This document shows, in pieces, positions 1 to 9,280 of a DNA stretch of 32,597 bases; positions within the stretch are counted from its first letter, which is position 1, and each line of letters begins with the position of its first letter. The translations under genes and the position numbers were made by a program. The notes under the pieces are model-generated. The model did no database searches. It worked only from the letters and a program-made list of their open reading frames with translations, and was not told where the DNA came from. Source of the DNA: Octopus bimaculoides (lineage: Eukaryota); contig NC_068986.1 of NCBI RefSeq assembly GCF_001194135.2, forward strand, positions 65,061,667 to 65,094,263. Reading direction: 5' to 3'.

Positions 1-119
1 TTTCTTTTCTTTTTCTGTCGTCTTCCTTTTTCTTTCTTTCTTTCTGCTTATTAAAAAACTGACAAAAGCTGATGATGTCATTCTATCAACGCATGGACGC
101 TGGTTACTCACGTTCATAG

Positions 120-245
120 TCTACGTTTGGTTTCTGAAATTTTGAATTTTCAATCACCTTTTGGTTTGAACTTGAGAAAGATAGACGTTCTGTCGAAATA
201 TTGTTAAAAAAATAAAACATCTAAAATCGCACTCTTCGTCTTGAC
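120..245 (+). mobile_element. Putative Penelope-like element (PLE) 3'/pseudo-LTR remnant
   Basis: Hammerhead-like motif (165-209) followed at once by AATAAA (~211-216) and then a (TAA)n tail, the layout known for PLE termini. No ORF is visible and the left boundary is approximate. Confidence 0.35.
165..209 (+). ncRNA. Minimal type-I hammerhead-ribozyme-like motif with U3-A8 core
   Basis: Stem I TTT-G-AAC(165-171)/GTT-A-AAA(203-209); core TTGAGAA(172-178)+A; stem II GATAG(180-184)/CTGTC(190-194); GAAA(195-198); palindromic loopless stem III ATAT; cleavage triplet AUU(200-202). Confidence 0.45.

Positions 246-318
<73 letters not shown>
246..318. repeat. (TAA)n microsatellite
   Basis: Direct reading of about 24 TAA units. 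Confidence 0.98.
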
Positions 319-319
<1 letters not shown>

Positions 320-324
320 GCTAT

Positions 325-1670
325 ACTTTACTGTTAAAACGAAATCATGGCAATAAACTTGAATAAAATTTGGAGGGAAAAATAATTAGGAGCTAAAAGA
401 CATGTTGGATCCCAACAAAGCAGATAATTTAAGAAGATACATTTTAAAATCCAATAAAATTTGAATGCTTAAAAAGAAAGTGTAAATAGCGGAAACGCAA
501 GTAGGAAGTAAATAACAAAAAGAAAAATGAAACAAAATCAAACGCTGGGAATGTAAGTCATAAAAATAGGATTAACACATGTAAAACTATAAGTAAATTA
601 AAAAAAAAGCTTACTAAACTAAACTCTCTGTCACCTACAGAATACTGACAAAAAAAAAAAAGAGAAAGAAATGGAATAACATAAATATATAAATAAAATG
701 GAATGAGTATTAGTAAAAAGTAGAGAATTAAATAATTAAAAACAACAGATCTTATTATAGTTCATTGGAAGTACCTCTTAAAGATAAAACCCAACGATAA
801 ATTAACAGCAATAAAAATCGCAAACTTAATCATCGCAGACCTCTTGAAAAGAGACATTGACAACAATGTCTCCAAGTTAAACAAAGTAATATATGCAGTA
901 GCTCCGGAGCTTGGAAAGGAAACTTGGCACTCCTTCACGTCTAGGAATTAAGAAGTTTAAAAAAAATTTTAAATAATAAAAACGTGGGGAACAAACCCAC
1001 AGAAAAAAGAAATCAAAGAAAGGATACTTCGTCCTCAATGGAATCAATAATGAAACAACACAACCAGAAAAAGAAGGAACAGCTTGAGAAATATTCTATG
1101 ACAGACGGAATGTCTAAAAACAAAGACAAAAGAGAAAGAAGCCTGAAACAATAGATCCTGGGTAGGGTTTAAAGAATTCAGCAGATGATAAGACAACAAT
1201 TCTTAGAACAGAACAAGCACTGAGAATCCACCCAAAAACGCTTTTATAAGGAATAAATTAAGAAATAAAATAATACCAATACAGCGCTAAGCCAACAAAA
1301 GAGAGGCACAAGAATATTGGGAATGAGTATGGACAGCGAAGGATTCAGCCTAGTCGAAATCGTTCTACAAAGGGAATACAATACCTAAATAATCTGAGAG
1401 GCAATAAAAACAAAAGAAATCTAGACGCAGAAAAAAACCTCATAAGAAAAGCTAGAAAGCCACACGATATCTTACAATCACAAACGTTTTGTAAAAACAT
1501 TTGAAAGGGAGCCACGAGCTACTAGCAGAGATGTTTTATAAGAGACTGATAGAGCCGGTGACTATACCCGACTAACCGAAAGAAAATGATCTTAACTCTA
1601 AAAACTAAATATGCAGCAAACATTGATAACTACCGACTTTTAACAGTTTAGAATACCGGAAATATACTGA
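325..1670 (+). mobile_element. Highly degenerate R4/Dong-like non-LTR retrotransposon (pre-RT region and start of RT)
   Basis: Manual translation across stops and frameshifts gives SKLNKVIYAVA (~870-905), LKQ*ILGRV*RIQQ..QQFLEQNK..QKRFYKE (~1143-1255), PTKE.AQEYWE*VW (~1290-1335) and HELLAEMF..LIEPVTIPD*LTE..ILTLKT..NIDNYRLLT (~1513-1650). These match, in order, the conserved pre-RT and RT domain 0/1 motifs of R4-clade ORFs. Confidence 0.7.
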
Positions 1671-1689
1671 AACAGTATTACGAAAATAG

Positions 1690-2069
1690 ATTCTTTTATT
1701 ATTCTACTGGTTTCAGTCATTTGACTGCGGCCATGCTGGAGCACTGCCTTTAGTCAAACGAATCGACCCCAGGACTTATTCTTTGTAAGCCTAATACTTA
1801 TTCTATCGGTCTCTTTTGCTGAACCACTAAGTTACGGGGACGTAAACGCACCAACATCGGTTGTGAGGCGATGGTGGGGGACAAACACACACACAAACAT
1901 ATACATATATATATGATGGGCTTCTTTCAGTTTTCGCTTACTGCTCACATGGCTTTGGTCGACCCGAGGCTATAGTAGAAGACACTTACTCAAGGTGCCA
2001 CGCAGTGGGAATGATCCCAGAACCATGTGGTTGAGAAGCAAGTTGCTTCTTACCACACAGCCACGCCTA
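1690..2069 (-). mobile_element. tRNA-derived SINE (family A), composite, with an internal (CA/TA) tract
   Basis: On the minus strand: A-box-like TGGCTGTGTGGT (2063-2052), B-box-like GGGATCATTCC (~2018-2008), a conserved CACCTTGAGTAAGTGTCTTCT block, an internal microsatellite (~1883-1914) and an A-rich 3' end. Related head fragments occur at 23950-24053 and 25641-25696. Confidence 0.85.
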
Positions 2070-2467
2070 AAAAATGTTTTCGACAGGGGGATGCTGTAAC
2101 GGTTCTACAATTCTATAACCGGAGTTTGTAAAAAAGTTAAAGGCGGATGATGATTTTTGAAACCTTCGATTTCGCGTGGAAACATTAATAATAACATTAA
2201 TAATTAGTGAGGCAGAATTATTGCAGAGCCAATACATCAGACATATTGTTAATAAAAGACGAACAGTTTTACTGATATAGATAATCCTACTCGTGTCTGA
2301 GAAATCACACTCAGCATTCATCTAACTGACACATGCACTCTATTAATCAGCATGTTAAATCAGACTGAGCCAGGTATAAGAAAATGGCAATGCGACCATA
2401 CACTGGGATATGCCAATCTACACAAACATAGAGACCAATTATTATCGGTCGAATATTGTTGCCGAAG

Positions 2468-2660
2468 GGGATGGGCTACTCAACCTGAAGAAAATTCTAA
2501 CTGGGCCCCACCTGCAAGGTCATGCACTGTTTATCTTGATATGAGATCACCATGTCGCGCACATATGGTTGTGATGCATGTGCCTGATGTACCATTATCA
2601 GACGGGTAGTCACGATGGGTATACTAGGCTTCGTATAATTTACCCGTGTCACTTTGATGT
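2468..2660 (+). repeat. Dispersed repeat, unclassified (inverted copy at 30394-30584)
   Basis: GGGATGGGCTACTC..GAAAATT.TAACTGGGCCCCAC..TTATCTTGATATGAGATCACCAT..GTACCATTATCAGAC.GGTAGTCA aligns by eye with the reverse complement of 30394-30584. Confidence 0.85.
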
Positions 2661-3184
2661 CATGCACTGCTCTCTCACTCAATAACAATAAAAATCTAAG
2701 GTATAAAAACGTTTCATCCTCACATTGATTGTAATTCCGTAGATTGCTCAACGTTTGGAATTCTCCAGTTATCCTCCTGTGTGCCATGATGCTATTAACG
2801 TGAATGTAATGACTAAATATTAAAGGAAGGTATGACATTTCAATTTTGTCCTAGTAACATTTCCGTGGTTCATCCAGATTGATCGGTAGACATAGTAACA
2901 ATTAACTGAACGGAAACAGCTTCCTTCTGCTGATACTGTACAGCAATATCTAATTGATGATCTGACATTTTGACCAAAGCAGACAATTAAATAATTATCA
3001 AATCATAGAGAATGATCTTGATATAGTGACGTTTTACGAACAGTTAATTGTTAAAAATAGCTACCAGACCGAATGTATTTTTAAATTCTTCATACGGATT
3101 TGTCAACTATAGTCGTAGTTTTCATGTATTTGCAGATAAACGCACAGACATGAATGCAGACACACACACGCGCCCGCGCACGCA

Positions 3185-3186
<2 letters not shown>

Positions 3187-3262
<76 letters not shown>
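3187..3262. repeat. (CA)n microsatellite
   Basis: Direct reading. Confidence 0.98.
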
Positions 3263-3263
<1 letters not shown>

Positions 3264-3358
3264 TCACTGAATATACGAGCAGAACTGCAAATAAAAACCC
3301 ATGTATTTTTATCTGGATATATTATATTATATTATATTATATATATATGTATATATAT

Positions 3359-3563
3359 ATGGGAGAATTTACGAAAAAAACAACAGTAGACGAGGACAGG
3401 TGGTGTAAACAACAAAAGGATGTATTAGTTTAACGCTCGGGAATACAGAAAGTCTTTAACGTTTCGAGCTACGCTCTTCAACAGAAAGAATAAGGAGAAA
3501 ACAAGGAGAAAAACACGGAGAAAAAAAATTGAATGTTGTGGTCAGCGATCTATCATGGCGACT
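3359..3563 (-). mobile_element. Penelope-like terminal repeat family P, copy 1
   Basis: Aligns with 19115-19310 (opposite strand) and 25914-26109 (same strand). Shared blocks are GACAGGTGGTG, AACGCTCGGGAA and TTTCGAGC.TACGCTCTTC.ACAGAAAG. Carries a hammerhead-like motif and ends in a (TA)n tract. Confidence 0.7.
3453..3489 (-). ncRNA. Hammerhead-like motif, CUGUUGAA core variant, GUU triplet
   Basis: Minus strand reads TCTTT-CTGTTGAA-GAGC-GTA-GCTC-GAAAC-GTT-AAAGA: 5-bp stem I, 4-bp stem II, palindromic ACGT stem III. Confidence 0.5.
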
Positions 3564-3689
3564 CATATATATATATATGTATACATACATACAAAATTTA
3601 GAGGAATGACCTTCAAAGTGGACTCCTAATATGCTAGATATAGACGTCAAATCGCCTAACCACGAAGTGTGTGTTCTCAAGAAAAGAAT

Positions 3690-3723
3690 ACTACCAATAG
3701 TTTCGCAGGCTCATCAGCGTAGT
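3690..3723 (-). ncRNA. Degenerate hammerhead-like motif with canonical CUGAUGA/GAAA core
   Basis: Minus strand reads ACTAC-G-CTGATGA-GCCTGC-GAAA-CTATTG-GTAGT. Stem I is ACTAC/GTAGT, but the closing pair is G.G and stem III is imperfect. Confidence 0.3.
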
Positions 3724-4090
3724 CTGTCGTTTACAGAACATAATTTCCAGAACTAGACACACAGCGCTCACCCGAAAGAGAGCATGTATAAAGTTTTGCA
3801 AATTATATTTGGTGTATTTTGCAAATGTCTTCATTTTGGCCGGAATGTTTCACACGGTAATATTTCTGCAGCTAATTTACCGGTTAGAGAACATCGTTAT
3901 TTAAAATTAGCTGCAGAAATTTATTAACTGCAGGGTTATTTCCGGTCTCAGTGCGCCAAAATGTAGACATTTGAAAAATACCTCAAATATGATTTGCAAA
4001 ACTTTATACATGCTCTCTTTCGGTTGAGCGCTCTGTGTCTAGTTTTGAAAATTATGCTTTGTAAACGACAGATTACGCTGATGAGCCTGC
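3705..4090. repeat. 386-bp fold-back palindrome (136-bp inverted arms plus inner inverted repeats)
   Basis: 3705-3840 is the near-perfect reverse complement of 3955-4090 with scattered mismatches. An inner perfect 17-bp pair lies at 3862-3878/3904-3920, and CCGGAA(3840-3845)/TTCCGG(3940-3945) also pair. Confidence 0.95.
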
Positions 4091-4296
4091 AGATATTTAC
4101 ATGCGTAAATAATTTCAAATGATGGTACGTAGGTAATCGTTTTTTTTTTATTTCGTATATTTTCATTTGTCTTGCTCATTTGTTGTATTTCTGCTGTATT
4201 TCTGCTGCTTTTAAATAAAGCATATTACTCTACCCCTGGTATTTGAGTACTCTTTTTTGCACCTTGCTTCACATTTGTGTGCTTACTCCGATATAT

Positions 4297-4329
<33 letters not shown>

Positions 4330-4966
4330 NNNNNNNNNNNNNNNNNNNNNNNNNNNNNNNNNNNNNNNNNNNNNNNNNNNNNNNNNNNNNNNNNNNNNNN
4401 NNNNNNNNNNNNNNNNNNNNNNNNNNNNNNNNNNNNNNNNNNNNNNNNNNNNNNNNNNNNNNNNNNNNNNNNNNNNNNNNNNNNNNNNNNNNNNNNNNNN
4501 NNNNNNNNNNNNNNNNNNNNNNNNNNNNNNNNNNNNNNNNNNNNNNNNNNNNNNNNNNNNNNNNNNNNNNNNNNNNNNNNNNNNNNNNNNNNNNNNNNNN
4601 NNNNNNNNNNNNNNNNNNNNNNNNNNNNNNNNNNNNNNNNNNNNNNNNNNNNNNNNNNNNNNNNNNNNNNNNNNNNNNNNNNNNNNNNNNNNNNNNNNNN
4701 NNNNNNNNNNNNNNNNNNNNNNNNNNNNNNNNNNNNNNNNNNNNNNNNNNNNNNNNNNNNNNNNNNNNNNNNNNNNNNNNNNNNNNNNNNNNNNNNNNNN
4801 NNNNNNNNNNNNNNNNNNNNNNNNNNNNNNNNNNNNNNNNNNNNNNNNNNNNNNNNNNNNNNNNNNNNNNNNNNNNNNNNNNNNNNNNNNNNNNNNNNNN
4901 NNNNNNNNNNNNNNNNNNNNNNNNNNNNNNNNNNNNNNNNNNNNNNNNNNNNNNNNNNNNNNNNNN
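4330..4966. other. Assembly gap (N run)
   Basis: Ns, following a (CA)n tract. Confidence 1.
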
Positions 4967-5362
4967 TAGTTTTATTTTTATAACGTGCTTTCACTTCACT
5001 ACCGAGCGCAGCTCTGTGCGCCTTGGGTATGTGCTGTGGTTTGCTGTGGTGCTCTTATGTTTACTGTATTGAAAGTGTCTTGCGCAGAATGTGTGCAGTA
5101 CCCAGTAGTGCAATTTTCTGTATGTTATATATATTTGTAAGTCCTGGTGTTTTTGTTATGTATTTGTCTGAATATTTTTTTGTTATACCTAAGGCACCTA
5201 CTATGATAGGAATTGTTTCTGTTTTTAGACTCCACATTCGAGTTATCTCTATTTCCAGGTCTTTGTATTTTGAAAGTTTTTCCATTTCTTTTAGAGAAAC
5301 GTTGTCATCTGCTGGTATTGATACATCAATTAGAAAGCATTTTTTTCTTTTTCTTTCTTTAA
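4967..5362 (-). mobile_element. R4/Dong-like non-LTR retrotransposon 3' fragment (restriction-like endonuclease C-terminus and 3' UTR), copy 1
   Basis: Minus-strand frame reads KCFLIDVSIPADDNVSLKEMEKLSKYKDLEIEITRMWSLKTETIPIIVGALG...QKIALLGTAHILRKTLSIQ* (stop at 5061), the RLE signature of R4-clade elements. The 3' UTR contains AATAAA. The 5' end is truncated at a (TAA)n array. Confidence 0.9.
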
Positions 5363-5363
5363 A

Positions 5364-5365
<2 letters not shown>

Positions 5366-5436
<71 letters not shown>
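5366..5436. repeat. (TTA)n microsatellite
   Basis: Direct reading. Confidence 0.98.
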
Positions 5437-5438
<2 letters not shown>

Positions 5439-5970
5439 TTTTCTTCATCATGTACAAGTACTTGTGTATTCATCATTATTTTTTATTTTATTAAATGTTA
5501 GTATAATTGAAACATGTCTTTAAAACGATACCGGATCATATTGAATTTATTTTGTTCGTGATTTTGATCCACCCTGCAGAATCGAAACATACCTGTAAGC
5601 AGAAGTATCACCATAAAATTCATGAGCGTTTGTTTATCGTGAAGTTGTGAATTTATAGTCTGTTATGGAAATTGACCAGTAAACAATTCATAGATGAGGT
5701 AGTTAATAGTACCTTACTATTCATTGGCCATGGCTTTCACAATACATCAAAGAAAACTCGGTTATGCTAAGTTTAAATGTTGTTTCAGTACCGGTGTCAG
5801 GATTCAGACAGAGTGGACTTTCTTAAATGTACCCACTGACCAGGTGGCAGATTAAGTGCACCGTCTGCAAAAAGGTACGTCTCAATCGATGACCTTTGCT
5901 GGTCCTTTCTACTCAATTTCATTCAGAAAGTTTAGGTCAATTTGTGATAATGTCAAGGCATGTGTGTCTA

Positions 5971-6123
5971 TGTATGTGTTTATGTATGTATGTTTGTACG
6001 TATGTATGTATGTATGTATGTATGTATGTATCTCTCTCTCTCACTCACAATCCGTCTCTACATACATACATGCATACATACATACATACATACATACATA
6101 CATACATACATACATACATACAT
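5971..6123. repeat. (TATG)n and (CATA)n arrays in inverted orientation around a short spacer
   Basis: (TATG)n at ~5971-6030, spacer at 6031-6058, (CATA)n at ~6059-6123. Confidence 0.95.
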
Positions 6124-6365
6124 AAAGCTAAGGTCAATGAAAAAGAAAATACCAACCCTGAACTACTGAGAAATCTGCTGTTACTCTATTCAGATTACAA
6201 GTTCAGGTTTATACCTGTAATTATTGGAGCACTGGGAAATGCCTAAATACCAATCTTGAGAAATTAGGTTTTTTCAAAACCAGAGAGGAGAAAGCTGATT
6301 CGAATACTACAGATCCAAACCATCACCAGAATTGTAAAAAAATCTGTAAAACTTTCCAGACGTGT
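6124..6365 (+). mobile_element. RLE-type non-LTR retrotransposon 3' fragment, a second family distinct from the Dong-like copies
   Basis: Reads KAKVNEKEN..PELLRNLLLLYSDYKFRFIPVIIGALG and, after a frameshift, NLEKLGFSKPERRKLIRILQIQTI..CKTF. The PVIIGALG motif and the following helix pattern are typical of RLE C-termini. Confidence 0.7.
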
Positions 6366-6454
6366 ATCTTTTAAATATATATGAAGATGTCTAGATATGC
6401 AAGTTTATGCACGAGAATACATATATAAAGCAAAACGTACAAATCTGCAAATAT

Positions 6455-6682
6455 ACATACATACATGTATATATACATACATACATACATACATACATAC
6501 ATACATACATACATACATACATACATGCTTACAACAAAGCCCTGTTGATGGTTTTGAAATTCCAATGAAGGAGCCTTGGATCTAGGTTAGAAACCGGCTC
6601 CTTCTCTTTTGGTAAGAAATCTTGAAATAAGTCTGAATAACGACATTTACACATACACACATACAGACACACACACGCACAA

Positions 6683-6722
<40 letters not shown>
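6455..6722. repeat. (CATA)n (6455-6525) and (CA)n (6648-6722) microsatellites flanking a ~110-bp segment with a 9-bp hairpin
   Basis: Direct reading. The hairpin is GAAGGAGCC(6567-6575)/GGCTCCTTC(6596-6604). Confidence 0.9.
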
Positions 6723-6727
<5 letters not shown>

Positions 6728-7504
6728 TTCAAACATTTAGCATAAAATTAGGTATTACAAGTTAAAATAGATTTATCTAACTGCATAACTTTCATAAGAT
6801 TATAACCTTTTCGCAACCTCCTCCATCTAGTATTAATTTCAGTATGCAAGAAATTATATGGACAATTTTGCATTAATGTATATGCATAGCATTAAATAAT
6901 GCACTTATATATTTTATTTACATCTGAATGCAAATGAGAGAGCTCGCTAACCAGATCACCAGAACATCATGATTAACTCAACAGTTCAACTTTAAGTGTA
7001 CACACAAAATTTATTTTTAAAACGTTTGGAAGTCCAGAGTTAGAGAAAATGACACAGATTTACTCAGTAAAAGAAAACAACGGAGCAAAGATATACAGTG
7101 TTGCTTTTCTTTATAGATCAATGAAGTGCCAGACAGGATATTAAAGAATTTACATATATATATATATATATATACACGAGTGAGTAGACAGACGAAAGAA
7201 GGGCACTCAGCACATTTATTGGGAGTTACATGTATAGATCAAAACAGTTTGATTTAGACTCCTTGGTATTGCACCAATTGTACTGTACTTAATAGACTCC
7301 AAATTCTCGTTAATAGCAGGTTTTGAGGAAGGTGAATAAGAAATAAATAACAGATGGATAAGGTTTTATTCAATACAGCCGTTTCCAACGATTTTTATCT
7401 ATTGAAGAATAGAGATATTACATCATGCGAAAAAAAGCTTTGGAAACAGCTGTAGTGAATGACCCATTATCCAACTGTTGTTATGTATATAAATATGTAA
7501 ATAT

Positions 7505-7592
7505 NNNNNNNNNNNNNNNNNNNNNNNNNNNNNNNNNNNNNNNNNNNNNNNNNNNNNNNNNNNNNNNNNNNNNNNNNNNNNNNNNNNNNNNN
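7505..7592. other. Assembly gap inside a (TA)n-rich tract
   Basis: Ns, followed by compound TA/GATA/GATT repeats to ~7860. Confidence 1.
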
Positions 7593-7686
7593 TATATATA
7601 TATATATACATATATATATATTTATTTATTTATTTATATATACATACATATCTATATATACATCTACATTTATATGTACATATAAA

Positions 7687-7719
<33 letters not shown>

Positions 7720-9041
7720 TACAAAAATCTATATGTATGTGTGTGCATAGATAGATTGTTAGACGGACAGATAGATAGATAGATAGATAGATAGATTGAT
7801 TGATTGATTGATATGTGTGTATGTGTGAGGTGTGTACTGTATGTATGTGTATATACATCTATTTATATGGGAACAATTATACGTTTACTTAATTGTTCTT
7901 CGCAATTTCACACATGTAAATTATACACTTGGCTGGTTAATATATTGAATAAAGACATGGAATAAAGCTGTTACCGGTTGCTTGTCGCTTGAGTATCGGG
8001 AAAATGAAGATATATTTCGATGGCTGCGTGAATAATAACCGAAACAAACCTGCGAATATTTATCTGAAGTATTTATTACTGGACATAAAAAAATATTTGG
8101 TGTTGGCAGTTTATAATGAACAACCTAAAAATTTGCTGACTCGGATAGAGAGAAAAACAACGTTGTGTCCGTAGATGCTTCTTATCAGACATTGTGTGGA
8201 TATTCAGGATGTGTCTGTTCAAGAACCTGAAGTTGTATGCGCAGAGGTTCATGGCAAGGGCGGAGGCGCATTTTGCCCGACCGCCTTTAACGCACTGCGA
8301 TTAATTGAGCGGATACACGGTCCTTTATTGAATGAAACATCCGACAAAACCATATCACGTCAGAGCCTTAGGCTAATCGGTCGATTAATATACCGATTAC
8401 GTGAAGGTGTGGTGGCTTGTTCATGGTGTCCTAGCGGTTTGGGTTTCGAATCAAAGCAACAAAGCTTTGTCTACAAAATACTAGGTACACTGGTTCTCAT
8501 TTCCCAAGCCGATTCACATGATCGAATGTGTTTCACACTGAGGGTAACTGGATCACTATATTGTTAGCAAGGCTTCCTAGTTATCGCTTACGGTTAGAAA
8601 ATTTACAACATTATGAACATAATTAAATGTAGTAGCTATGAGTTTGTATCGGTGAAGCCTTGAGACATCTGGAAATTATTCAGAAGGTATCTTTTCAAAT
8701 AACAGCAATGGAGTAATATCACGGTGTTTTAGTTAAGGGATATCATTATTTGCTTTAATATCTGGAGCAGCTGCAGTTTCAAGATATGTTGATTTATAGG
8801 GTTGGTTTATCGACTGTGCTTTATACCACTGAAGACAGAGATGTGATGATTTCCAAGACGAATGAGACACTAAACAGGGAAGTGGGGTTTTCCTTACCCT
8901 TAAACGAGACCGTATCTTTGTTCCTTATATATATTGTTTGATCTATTACGTATACACTTTAGGAGTGTGAATCTCTGAATATGAATACAAATTCTACATC
9001 ATGTATTACGCGGTCTTTACTTCCGCTTGTAATGCCTAAAC

Positions 9042-9280
<239 letters not shown>

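Noticed and set aside
2067-2838. ORFs of 84-113 aa on both strands
   Set aside because: They partly overlap a dispersed repeat and have no recognisable motifs.
4243-5072. Long ORFs of 230-271 aa (also 24515-25285 and 26481-27116)
   Set aside because: They are open only because they run through N gaps.
7117-7179. Good acceptor plus GTGAGT donor as an exon
   Set aside because: One third of the putative exon is a (TA)n microsatellite.
8175-8567. 130-aa ORF preceded by an AG
   Set aside because: No recognisable family motif and no convincing donor or partner exon, so it was not called as a CDS.
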